The notes beneath the pieces were generated by a model. It worked only from the letters and a program-made list of their open reading frames with translations, was not told the origin of the DNA and ran no database searches. 46,849 nt of DNA, taken from NCBI GenBank assembly GCA_021162205.1, contig JAGGZE010000070.1, positions 1-46,849 of the forward strand, given 5' to 3'. Below are positions 34,632 through 43,310 of the stretch, piece after piece (within the stretch, counting starts at the first letter, position 1; every line of letters begins with the position of its first letter). Both the position numbers and the translations under genes were made by a program. This DNA comes from a bacterium (GTDB lineage: Bacteria > UBP14 > UBA6098 > B30-G16).

Positions 34632-36571
34632 TATTTTGCTTTTGAAATGTCCTTTGCTCCACTCGGGAAATCGATTCCGATACCGTAATTCGACCAGCTC
34701 CACCATTTGCCCTCCTGACCCTTGCCAGCATAAGCATCCTTCCCGCCGAGGTCGAGCATTAAACCGACACTACCGAAATTTCTTCGCCAATTACCATATC
34801 CCTGAACATTGTAATTGCGTTTTGCGACATAGGCATCCTGACCATCGCCCTCATCGACAAGGATACCGATGCCATCGGCATTACCGGCTCCTTGTGCCAA
34901 ATCCCAGGTTACATAATTATCGCTGCCTGCTCGGTCATCGAGAAAACCTATCGCAAGGTCGTGTCCGCAGCCCTGTGAAACTCCGTGTGCAACATAGGAA
35001 TCATAACCCTCGATGTCGATTAAACCAGCCGCTGAAAGATGAATACCAGCTCCCTGAGCATATTGATACGATATATAACTATCATTTCCCGACATATCGT
35101 AAATCGAGCCGAGAGCGAACCAATAACTTGCTGCCTGTCCGAAAATATCGGAAACATAGACATCATTGCCAGCGTGTTCGATTATAAAGCCGATTCCGCC
35201 AGACCAATCGGGACGATAACCGTATCCGAATCCCTGCGAAAGCGTAACATTGTGGTCGGCATAGCGAAGCTTATCTATTGTAGCTCCGGTGCAGATGTAA
35301 GAATCGTTGCCATCGATATCATCGATAACGCCGATTCCGCCAACATAGCCGAATGCCTGCGAATAAAGATGCGCTTCGTATCTGTCGTTGCCCTCGGTAT
35401 CGTAAAGTAAACCGCCGCCGACAAAACCGACACCCTCGACACCTGTATGACCGACATAGACATCGTCGCCATTTGTATCCCATAAAATTCCCCATCCGAA
35501 TACACCAGCACCGAGATTGTGGTGAAGTGAGCGATAATGGTCGTCGCCATCGAGGTCGATTAAAATTCCGACACCACCGAGTGCAGAGCCGAATGAGAAC
35601 GATTCATCGGACCAATAGACATCGTTTCCGCCGAGGTCGATTGCAACCGAAAACTGCAAAATCGTATCGGTTCCACCGGCAGAAGCTCGATATTCATCAT
35701 CGCCACCGAGGTCGATAATCACAGCACAGGGTGAAAGATATACGGTAGGTCCCTTACCGCCGATAATCACAGGACCGAATTCAGTTTCGCAATAATATAT
35801 AATATCGCCGAATGCAATCGTATCGGGTGCAACACCATCGCCCTCGACAGGTTTGACATCGGATGCAAGGTCTTTCGCTTTCCAGGCCCCCTGTGCAATT
35901 CTGATGGCAGATTCCAAAATTTTTTGTCTATCGACACGAGATGCCAAAGTGAAAAATCTATCATCTGTTCTTTCATCTTCTAATTCCTGTTTATCCATTT
36001 CCTCGAGAGTGGATTCATCGACCTGGTCAGCGAGTTTCTCGGCGCCGGGCATCAAATACTGTGGTGCTTTCGATAAAATCGTATCGACCTGAAATGAATC
36101 GAGCTTATCGAATGCAGACTGCATACTGATTTTTGCATCGTTGAAGGAATTAATCAAGACATCCAATGCCTTCCGCAATTTCGGCGGAACATCTTTTTTT
36201 TTCGACCAAGGACTATCGCCTTTTTTCCCATAAAGAGTCGGAGTAGCGGATTTAAGGTCGATTATCGGTGCGATTGCCGTAAGATAGCTCGCACCAGTTG
36301 TGAATTCGATTTCATCCATCAGACTATCGAGTATATCGGGAATCTCGGTCGGGCGAGCCATACACTCATCGACAATTTTGAACCTGAATGAATCCACACT
36401 AACAGTGTTTTTCAGCGAAAGTTTATCGGGAGTCATTTTCAGTGCTTCGAGCGCAGTCTCGATTGCCTCCTTTCGCGTAATCGGTTTCTCATCCTTTCCA
36501 GATAAAATCCCCGATGAAAGGAGAATTATCGACAGAACCATTATTGAAAACAGGGATGATTTCCCGTGCAT
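34631..36571 (-). CDS. secreted repeat protein with about 12 G-(N/D)-D-x-Y repeats
   Basis: 646 aa with a signal peptide. Repeats recur every ~24-30 aa, e.g. DLGGDDEY, DLGGNDVY, DLDGDDHY, DTNGDDVY, DTEGNDRY, DIDGNDSY, HAGNDVY, MSGNDSY, IEGYDSY, RAGSDNY, GDGQDAY, LGGKDAY. SD aggagg. Confidence 0.6.
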   Translation of the reverse strand: MHGKSSLFSIMVLSIILLSSGILSGKDEKPITRKEAIETALEALKMTPDKLSLKNTVSVDSFRFKIVDECMARPTEIPDILDSLMDEIEFTTGASYLTAIAPIIDLKSATPTLYGKKGDSPWSKKKDVPPKLRKALDVLINSFNDAKISMQSAFDKLDSFQVDTILSKAPQYLMPGAEKLADQVDESTLEEMDKQELEDERTDDRFFTLASRVDRQKILESAIRIAQGAWKAKDLASDVKPVEGDGVAPDTIAFGDIIYYCETEFGPVIIGGKGPTVYLSPCAVIIDLGGDDEYRASAGGTDTILQFSVAIDLGGNDVYWSDESFSFGSALGGVGILIDLDGDDHYRSLHHNLGAGVFGWGILWDTNGDDVYVGHTGVEGVGFVGGGLLYDTEGNDRYEAHLYSQAFGYVGGIGVIDDIDGNDSYICTGATIDKLRYADHNVTLSQGFGYGYRPDWSGGIGFIIEHAGNDVYVSDIFGQAASYWFALGSIYDMSGNDSYISYQYAQGAGIHLSAAGLIDIEGYDSYVAHGVSQGCGHDLAIGFLDDRAGSDNYVTWDLAQGAGNADGIGILVDEGDGQDAYVAKRNYNVQGYGNWRRNFGSVGLMLDLGGKDAYAGKGQEGKWWSWSNYGIGIDFPSGAKDISKAK

Positions 36572-36611
36572 AGTCGCCTCCTATATCTTCAAAAATATTT
36601 ATTGTAATGAG

Positions 36612-36640
36612 AATATATTATCACGAAAGCGAGAAGGCAA
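36612..36640 (-). promoter_or_regulatory. candidate promoter for the repeat-protein operon
   Basis: Minus strand TTGCCT (36640-36635), 17-nt spacer, TATATT (36617-36612). Confidence 0.3.
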
Positions 36641-36914
36641 ATAAAAAGTTTAAAATTTCGAGTTTCTATCTCCGCATCGAATTCGTCGGTTTTCAAAACA
36701 CTCTCGTCGTCCTTGGCGGCGACAGCGGACTCTTCATAAACATTTACGGACTCATTCAAATCGGTTAGATACTCTTTGAAATCGTTCGCGGAGAGAGCGA
36801 AAAGTCGTCCGAATGGACTGGAAGGCAAGGAGTTAGGGGGAATACACCATTTGGGGGCAATAGGGTTGAGATTCTCATTCTCCTAAAAACTTTTCTTCTG
36901 CTTTTCTTTTCGTT

Positions 36915-39900
36915 TTATGGGTATCTTAAGCCAAGTTTGCGCATCACTTCGCGGGTTATATTTTCCGATTCGCCGGGAGAAATGACTCGCGAAACGGCTT
37001 CGTGGAAAATCGCCTCATAAAATTTGGCAAGCCATTTTGTGTATTCATTAACTGCATTTACTAATAATGGGACATCCGCCGGGGCTTTGAGAACTAATAT
37101 TCCGGGACGCTGAGCATAAAAGGCGTATAGCGCTTCATCGGGGCTTCTATATTCGAATTTCATCATCTTGCCGTTCACTTCAGCCTCGCAGAAAGAAAAG
37201 AAACCGTTCTCTACGCAACGCACGAACCGATGCGGCGGAAGCGAAAGGTAATCGAGTTTGACTTTGTCCAAATCGACAAAATCCTCGGGGAATGGACGTA
37301 TGCGGTTCTGGAAAGTTTTAACAAGTTTGTCCACCACGCCTGTTATGCTTCTTTCCTTTTTTATCTTTTTAGCGGTTTTGCGCATTTTTGGGAGTTCGAG
37401 TCTTTCGCGCACGAGTTCCGTTAAGCCGTCATAGATGCGGTCGAGCCATTCGTCGGGATTAAGTCCGAGCGCGGAGAGGATGGCGGAATCCACATTCCTT
37501 CTATCCTTTTTCTTAATCTCCTTAAAAATTGATACTATAGGTCGTGACATAAGTTTTGTAAAATTACCATTTATTTCTTCGATGTCCCCGATGGAAGGAA
37601 CTTTTAAATATCCCATAAGGTCGATTACATTTGCAAAAAGGGCACCATCACCTAAATTTGTATGTCCAATTTCAGATTCGAGCTCTAAGAAAACAATTGC
37701 TGAATTAAGAGCTGCAGCTAATGATATAGGCATTATTTCTCTCGGCTTAACGGAGAACAATCTCTTATCAATATGTATTTCATTCTCAATATAGGCAGTG
37801 AATAACCTATCTGCATAGGCTACAACCCAAAGTACATTAGCCCTAATGTCAGGAAGATTCCACCAATATTTCTTCCCCTTCACGCTTGGCACTTTGGGCC
37901 AGGGGACACCATCTTTCGTTGCGCCCTTCTCGCCGACCTCCTCGATATATTTTAGCGCTCCGAAATGCCGCATCGCCCTTAATTCATCCTTGCTCTTGTT
38001 GCACATAAAAAGCCGGAACTTAAGTTTATCCGGGTCAACCACCAAGCCGTCTATTTCCTTCGGCGATTTGACAACCGGCACAAGATATTCCTCCTCGATA
38101 CCGTATAATTCCGCTCTATCAGGTGTCAGATAGAAGAACTCGTTGATGCCTGTCGTATAACCTCTCCGCACATCGGCGACCTGCGAAAGCGGGACGAGTT
38201 TGTCTCCGATAGCGTCCATAAGCTGGAAATAAACATCGGGGGCGCGGAGGAATTTGCCCCATTTAACAGTCTCTTTCGATTCCTCCAATTGTTGCACAAG
38301 CTCGCTCTGCGCGATTGTCCTTATACGGAAATTATCGTTCTCAAAAGAATGAATCTCCCGTGAAATCTCTTTACCAATAAGGTCGTCGTCCTCGATTATA
38401 TTCACGAGTTTATCGACATTGAGATGCCTTTGTTGCGCTTGAAGTATTAAATCTTTCTGTGGCAACAGTTCAGCAAGTTTCTTTTTTATTTTAACGAAAC
38501 GGGCTTTATGATTCTTAAGAGCTTTCTCGTCGTCGCATCGCTCCAGAACTGTAATAGCCGTATTCACAGCAGCGTTTTGGAACCACGGTTCACAACGGCT
38601 TTCGATGATAGCAATTATTTTAAACTTTCGCGTGAAAAATTTCTGAAGTTCGTAACCGTAAGCGACATCGAGCCATGAGTTTGATGTGAGGAATGCCATT
38701 CTCCCACCCGGTTTGAGAAAAGTGGCTGCATGAAAAAACATATATGCGTAAATATCCGCTTGCCCTGATAATTTGAGTTCGACCGATTCGAAAAGTTCTC
38801 CGACTGTTTCTGGTTTCGCTCCTCCTTTAATCCATCGGTCGTAATCTGCCTTCGCCCATTTAGGTATCTCGAAAATATCCGGGTATTCGGCAAGCCATTC
38901 TTTTGCAATAATGGTTACGAGTTTTTGTTTATAACCCTTGTTTGTCTTTTCGATAAGTTCCTGTCGGATATACGGGAAATTTCCCATCATTCCATCGAAT
39001 TGCGGTATCGGTACATTCATTTTATAACCATCTTGCGTTCCCATTCGAGGATGCGGAAACTCGATTTTGTCACCCGGTGATATATCAAAGAAGTCTTTCG
39101 GAAGCACACGAGGGAAATTATTGGCGTCGTCGAGATTACGGATAAAAAGGTTTATATTGGAAAGTTCCGCAGGGAATGGCGCAATATCATTACCCCAAAT
39201 TTTTTGTATTATTTCCTCATGTGTTTTTGTTCTGGTTAATTCGCGATATCTATTATACGCTCTAACCAAAAAAGTGCCTGTTCCGCATGTCGGGTCGAAC
39301 ACTTCGTCGTTTCCCGACCTTACGACAAAACCGTTAATAAGGTCAACAAGGCGCACCGGTGTGAAATACTGTCCGAGTGCGTGTTGCTCGTTCGGTGGAA
39401 TTAGTCCCTCGAAAACCCCCCCGATGACATCGAGAGGCATGTTGCTGAAATCGTAATAGGCAAGATTTTTCAAAAGATTCTGCAGTGTGATTGCAGCATC
39501 TGTATTCCAATCTATCTCATCTATAAGGTTCTTTTCGTAGATAGCCTGATAATCTATTTTTCGGACTTTTTCGAAAGCGTTCTGAAGGACATCCTGAGCT
39601 TTTTTTATATCGAAATCAGAAAGTTCAAGGTCAGGTAAAGTCCTATTATGTCTTTTTAGTGCAAAAAAGAAGAGTACTTGCCCGATAATTCGATAAACTA
39701 TTTGCTTGGATATACTCGTAAAAAATTCTTCATTATCATATTTTCGAATGCCTTGAATCCTCGCCCATTTTTGCAGTTCTTTTTGGAAATTCCTATCCGT
39801 TTTATATTTCGAAATCAGCGCCTTTTGCATTTCCGGGTTTAGGTGTTCGACGGTTTCGTGCAACACACCCGCAAAAAGGTTTTCATCCAAAGGTATTGCG

Positions 39901-40379
39901 CGGAAAACACCGGTTGTAATATGAATATCAAGGTCTTCAATTATCTCTCTTGCTCGTGCTCGTAATGCGCCTTGCGCATCCGGGCGTAAAATATCCTGAA
40001 TTGTCCTTATAGCGATAATCGCCGGATATTTATGAATTAAGTCAGCGTGTCCCTTAGAAATATTCCACAAAGCGGATTCGCGTACATTCCATGTTATTAA
40101 ATATTTGCACTTAAGGTTTGCGCCTTTTTTTGATCCGTTTTCGAGTAATTCGCGGTCGTCAATCTGCGTTAAAGTATTCTTAAGCTCTATTGTAGCAATG
40201 GCATTTTGCGCTTCACGCGATTTCCATAGAATAATGTCAGGGAATTTCGTCGTTACATCTTTGACACCGGTTTCAATTGAGGCTTCTTTAACCTCGTAAC
40301 TTCCAGATTTGATGATGTCATTAATCCATTTAAGGACATAGCCCTGAAATTCACGTTCGTTTGTTTTTATTTTGGTCAT
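36915..40379 (-). CDS. single-polypeptide type IIG (MmeI/Eco57I-like) restriction-modification enzyme: N-terminal PD-(D/E)xK nuclease, gamma-class N6-adenine methyltransferase and C-terminal target-recognition region
   Basis: The nuclease motif is 'FPDIILW...ATIELK'. The methyltransferase motifs are 'LGQYFTP', 'VFDPTCGTGTFLV' (SAM loop) and 'MGNFPYIRQE' (an NPPY variant). The C-terminal region carries 'RRGYTTGINEFFYL'. The second ATG (40379) has AGGA upstream; the first ATG is at 40391. Confidence 0.8.
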   Translation of the reverse strand: MTKIKTNEREFQGYVLKWINDIIKSGSYEVKEASIETGVKDVTTKFPDIILWKSREAQNAIATIELKNTLTQIDDRELLENGSKKGANLKCKYLITWNVRESALWNISKGHADLIHKYPAIIAIRTIQDILRPDAQGALRARAREIIEDLDIHITTGVFRAIPLDENLFAGVLHETVEHLNPEMQKALISKYKTDRNFQKELQKWARIQGIRKYDNEEFFTSISKQIVYRIIGQVLFFFALKRHNRTLPDLELSDFDIKKAQDVLQNAFEKVRKIDYQAIYEKNLIDEIDWNTDAAITLQNLLKNLAYYDFSNMPLDVIGGVFEGLIPPNEQHALGQYFTPVRLVDLINGFVVRSGNDEVFDPTCGTGTFLVRAYNRYRELTRTKTHEEIIQKIWGNDIAPFPAELSNINLFIRNLDDANNFPRVLPKDFFDISPGDKIEFPHPRMGTQDGYKMNVPIPQFDGMMGNFPYIRQELIEKTNKGYKQKLVTIIAKEWLAEYPDIFEIPKWAKADYDRWIKGGAKPETVGELFESVELKLSGQADIYAYMFFHAATFLKPGGRMAFLTSNSWLDVAYGYELQKFFTRKFKIIAIIESRCEPWFQNAAVNTAITVLERCDDEKALKNHKARFVKIKKKLAELLPQKDLILQAQQRHLNVDKLVNIIEDDDLIGKEISREIHSFENDNFRIRTIAQSELVQQLEESKETVKWGKFLRAPDVYFQLMDAIGDKLVPLSQVADVRRGYTTGINEFFYLTPDRAELYGIEEEYLVPVVKSPKEIDGLVVDPDKLKFRLFMCNKSKDELRAMRHFGALKYIEEVGEKGATKDGVPWPKVPSVKGKKYWWNLPDIRANVLWVVAYADRLFTAYIENEIHIDKRLFSVKPREIMPISLAAALNSAIVFLELESEIGHTNLGDGALFANVIDLMGYLKVPSIGDIEEINGNFTKLMSRPIVSIFKEIKKKDRRNVDSAILSALGLNPDEWLDRIYDGLTELVRERLELPKMRKTAKKIKKERSITGVVDKLVKTFQNRIRPFPEDFVDLDKVKLDYLSLPPHRFVRCVENGFFSFCEAEVNGKMMKFEYRSPDEALYAFYAQRPGILVLKAPADVPLLVNAVNEYTKWLAKFYEAIFHEAVSRVISPGESENITREVMRKLGLRYP

Positions 40380-40593
40380 TCCAATCCTCATTTATAATTT
40401 CACACTACTTCCACAATCCACATTTCCGAATACCCTCCATATCCTGCGCTATTCTTAGCGCTTCGGTTTTAAAATATGGTTCATCGGATGTCATAATGAA
40501 CTTCCGTTTTTATTATTCAGAATAATAACACCTTTTGGGTAGGAATACAAGATGAAAATTCTACTCTATTGCATAACTGCCATATTTAACCAA

Positions 40594-41175
40594 TTATTCC
40601 ACACTCGATTCTCGATTTCTAACACTATTTTGAGAAATAGATGTTTTCTCCAATTCAAGCAATCTCTTTTTCAGTTCTATACCTCCGCCGAAACCGCCGA
40701 GTCCGCCATCGCTGCGGATGACACGGTGGCAAGGGACGATGAGCGCAATTGGGTTTTTGCCGAGTGCGTTTCCGACAGCTCTTGCAGATTTCGGTTCGCC
40801 TATTCGGCCAGCAAGTTCGCCATAAGAAATCGTTTCGCCGTATGGAACGAGATAAGTTTTCCACCAAACTCTTTGTTGAAATGGCGTTCCCCATAAAAAT
40901 TTCGGCATCGTCGAGAAATTTTTGCGCATTCCATCGAGATATTCGAGTATTTCTCCTACCGCATTGCTCTCGCCCTCGACAATTTCCATTCCAAGCTTCT
41001 GCAATGGTTCGCGGATGTAATCGTCTCTGTCGCCTGTTACTCCGAATACGAAATTTCTGAATCCGAAGATTTTGCCGGAAAAGATTTCGTGCTCGAATCT
41101 TTGATATATAGCGGTTGTGAAGCTCATAATTTCTCCTGTTAAGACAACACCCTTCGTAGTGGCGTCGTAATCCAT
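40594..41175 (-). CDS. ogt: methylated-DNA--protein-cysteine methyltransferase
   Basis: 193 aa with active site 'IVPCHRVI' and 'PFQQRVW...VPYGETISYGELA'. Confidence 0.9.
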   Translation of the reverse strand: MDYDATTKGVVLTGEIMSFTTAIYQRFEHEIFSGKIFGFRNFVFGVTGDRDDYIREPLQKLGMEIVEGESNAVGEILEYLDGMRKNFSTMPKFLWGTPFQQRVWWKTYLVPYGETISYGELAGRIGEPKSARAVGNALGKNPIALIVPCHRVIRSDGGLGGFGGGIELKKRLLELEKTSISQNSVRNRESSVE

Positions 41176-41206
41176 TGGGCGAACGGCATTCGCCCCTATA
41201 TAATTG

Positions 41207-42287
41207 TTATTCTTTCCTGTATGCTAAAAACGCTTCGATAAAGCCATCGAGTTCGCCATCTAAAACCTTGTCGGGTTGCGAGACCTCGTAATTAGTTCGC
41301 AAATCCTTAACCATCTTGTATGGATGAAGGACATAACTTCGTATTTGGCTGCCCCACTCGATTTTCTTTTTCGATTTTTCGACTTCGGCTTTTTTCTCCT
41401 CATCCTCTTTTTTCTTTAATGCCACAAGTTTTGCCCTCAATATTTTCATCCCGAGGTCTCGGTTTTTGAACTGCGACCTTTCGGCCTGACAATTGACAAC
41501 TGTACCGGTCGGTATGTGAGTTATTCTAACCGCTGTCTCGACCTTGTTGACATTCTGCCCGCCGTGTCCACCCGCTCGAAATGTATCGATTTTTAAATCG
41601 GTTTCCTCGATTTCGATTTCTTCGCTTTCCTGAGTTTCTGGATATGCGAAAATCGATGCGAACGATGTATGCCGCCGTCGGTTGGAATCGAATGGTGAAA
41701 TTCGCACAAGCCGATGAACACCGATTTCAGCTTTCAGGTAGCCATAGGTGAGTTCGCCCTTAACTTCGATAACAGCGGATTTAATTCCAGCTTCTTCGCC
41801 GGGCAGTTCATCGATTACAGTTGCTTGCCAACCCTTGCGTTCGCAAAATCTCAGATACATTCGTAAAAGCATCGATGCCCAATCCTGAGCCTCGGTTCCA
41901 CCGGCACCGGAATGAATTTCGATAATTGTATCGGCTCGGTCATCGAGGTCGGAAAGGTAGCTTTCGATTTCGAATGTGCGAAGTTGCTTTTCGATATCTG
42001 AAAGTTCCTCGATGAATTCTGCGTAATCTGGGCTATCCTGTTCGATAATCTCGGATAATTCTACAATATAATTTATTTGGGATTCGAGTTCGGCAATTCG
42101 CTCTATTGTTCTCTGTATGTGTTTTCGCTTTCCCGATATTTTCTGCGCTCGCTGTCGGTCATCCCAGATATTAGGGTCGGAAAGTTGTTCATCGAGTTTG
42201 GTAAGTTTATTCTTCAGTTCGGTCGGGTCAAAGATACTCCTTTAATTTCTCGAACCGTGTGCGAATCTTGTCTATCGAAAAATCCAT
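41207..42287 (-). CDS. prfB: peptide chain release factor 2, expressed via programmed +1 frameshift
   Basis: Frame 0 reads ATG(42287) [19 protein letters not shown] then TGA. The +1 frame continues DPTELKNKL... into the track ORF 41207-41872, which carries 'SPF' and 'GGQ'. 42229-41207 is 1023 nt and in frame. Confidence 0.92.
42227..42242 (-). promoter_or_regulatory. RF2 autoregulatory recoding site
   Basis: The minus strand reads AAGGAG TAT CTT TGA C: an internal SD-like element followed 3 nt later by the canonical CTT TGA C shift site. Confidence 0.9.
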
Positions 42288-42354
42288 ATCGCTCCTCCTA
42301 TTTCTTAAATTTAAAAATTTTTAGAAAAATTATTCGGGATTCATCGCCGTTTGT

Positions 42355-42882
42355 TCATCCTGTGAATAGATGCCCTAAAAGTTTCACAGCATAGACCACA
42401 ACCGCCAATATTATGATAAATGCAATAGTGGCGAGGTTAAAATATTTATCGATAAAAACTCGTGCTCGTTTTCCAAAAAAATAGAAAAGTAACGCTTCCG
42501 AACCGAATCTCAAAGTGCGGAATACGACACTTATTCCAATAAATTTCACGAGTGAGATTTTCGCCATTCCTCCGAACCAGCTGAAAATCATATATGGCAC
42601 AGGTGTAAGTGCTGAAATTGCGATTGCCCAGAAATCGTATTTTGCATAGAGTTCGATTGCAAGATGAGCTTGAGAACCAAATCCGACGGTGTTAAATAAA
42701 GCAACCAACCTATCTGGACCGAAAGCCAATCCAAGACAAAAAGCTGCCGTTCCACCTAAAATGGAAAACAGTGAGCAAATTAGTCCATATTTAATCGAGC
42801 GTTTAGGTTCGCCCAGACAAAGTGCCCCGAGCAGTATATCTACGGGAATCGGCACGAAAATCGGTTCTGTGAAAGCGAGCAC
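42355..42882 (-). CDS. DedA/YqaA-like (VTT-domain) membrane protein; 5' end unresolved
   Basis: 'LAFTEPIFVPIPVDILLGAL' is the typical family motif. The only canonical in-frame start is the GTG at 42882, yet the frame stays open and protein-like for 37 more codons upstream. Confidence 0.7.
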   Translation of the reverse strand: MLAFTEPIFVPIPVDILLGALCLGEPKRSIKYGLICSLFSILGGTAAFCLGLAFGPDRLVALFNTVGFGSQAHLAIELYAKYDFWAIAISALTPVPYMIFSWFGGMAKISLVKFIGISVVFRTLRFGSEALLFYFFGKRARVFIDKYFNLATIAFIIILAVVVYAVKLLGHLFTG

Positions 42883-43133
42883 AATAAGCGCCGGTGTGCC
42901 GAAACGAGTATCAGCCCAATGCAGAACCCATTTATATACCTGTTTTATAGGGTTTTTAGATTTTTTCTTTTCGATAGTATCCTGTCCATTTTTTCAGATG
43001 AATCGATAGATAATTCACTATTGAAATTGCTTTTGGAATTTTTCGATATTTGCTTGTAATTGATAAATATTATATTATATATAAAAAAGCCCTTTGTTTA
43101 TTGCTTTGTCAAGTAATTTCAGGCATTCACCTG

Positions 43134-43187
43134 TTTTCTTTGCGTTGCGTTCCTCTCGCTTCGCTCGATTCCCTTGCAACGCCGCGC
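43134..43187 (+). repeat. copy C of the conserved structured intergenic element
   Basis: ttttcttt-gcgttgc-GTTCC-tctcgc-ttc-gctcga-TTCCCT-t-gcaacgc-cgcgc, preceded by a weak hairpin cagg/cctg (43120-43133). Confidence 0.7.
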
Positions 43188-43310
43188 ATAATATATGAAT
43201 AATGCAAACTCATTTTGCATTTTGAGTTGCTAATTTTGTGTCTTGCATTTCTCGAATATCGGATTATTTTCATAGAGAAATTTCGCAATGAAAAAAGAAA
43301 GGATTTTACA

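Noticed and set aside
33492-34706. Longest-ORF starts from the track for several genes: 34706, 25075, 43215, 32250, 31294, 11560, 8040, 6393.
   Set aside because: These extensions begin at TTG/GTG or overlap the preceding gene extensively. Internal starts are preferred because they have an SD or TAATG coupling, or match the family N-terminus. These calls remain uncertain without experimental data.
36589-36828. 79-aa minus-strand ORF between the RM gene and the repeat-protein gene.
   Set aside because: It has a TTG start with no SD, and the predicted promoter of the downstream operon lies inside it. It is acidic and low-complexity with no family resemblance. It is kept only as a remote possibility of a small membrane protein.
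36915-40391. Compositional evidence that the RM gene is horizontally acquired.
   Set aside because: My hand count of one 100-nt sample (37021-37120) gave 41 G+C, against 37 in a dcw sample. The difference is too small and the sample too limited to claim. It needs a proper GC/codon-usage calculation.
40405-40494. 29-aa upstream ORF (MTSDEPYFKTEALRIAQDMEGIRKCGLWK) ending 13 nt before the RM gene, containing the palindrome gcgctattcttagcgc (40446-40461).
   Set aside because: It is too short and has no SD and no helix-turn-helix, so it is not a controller protein. The palindrome could be a regulatory site, but one occurrence cannot be evaluated.
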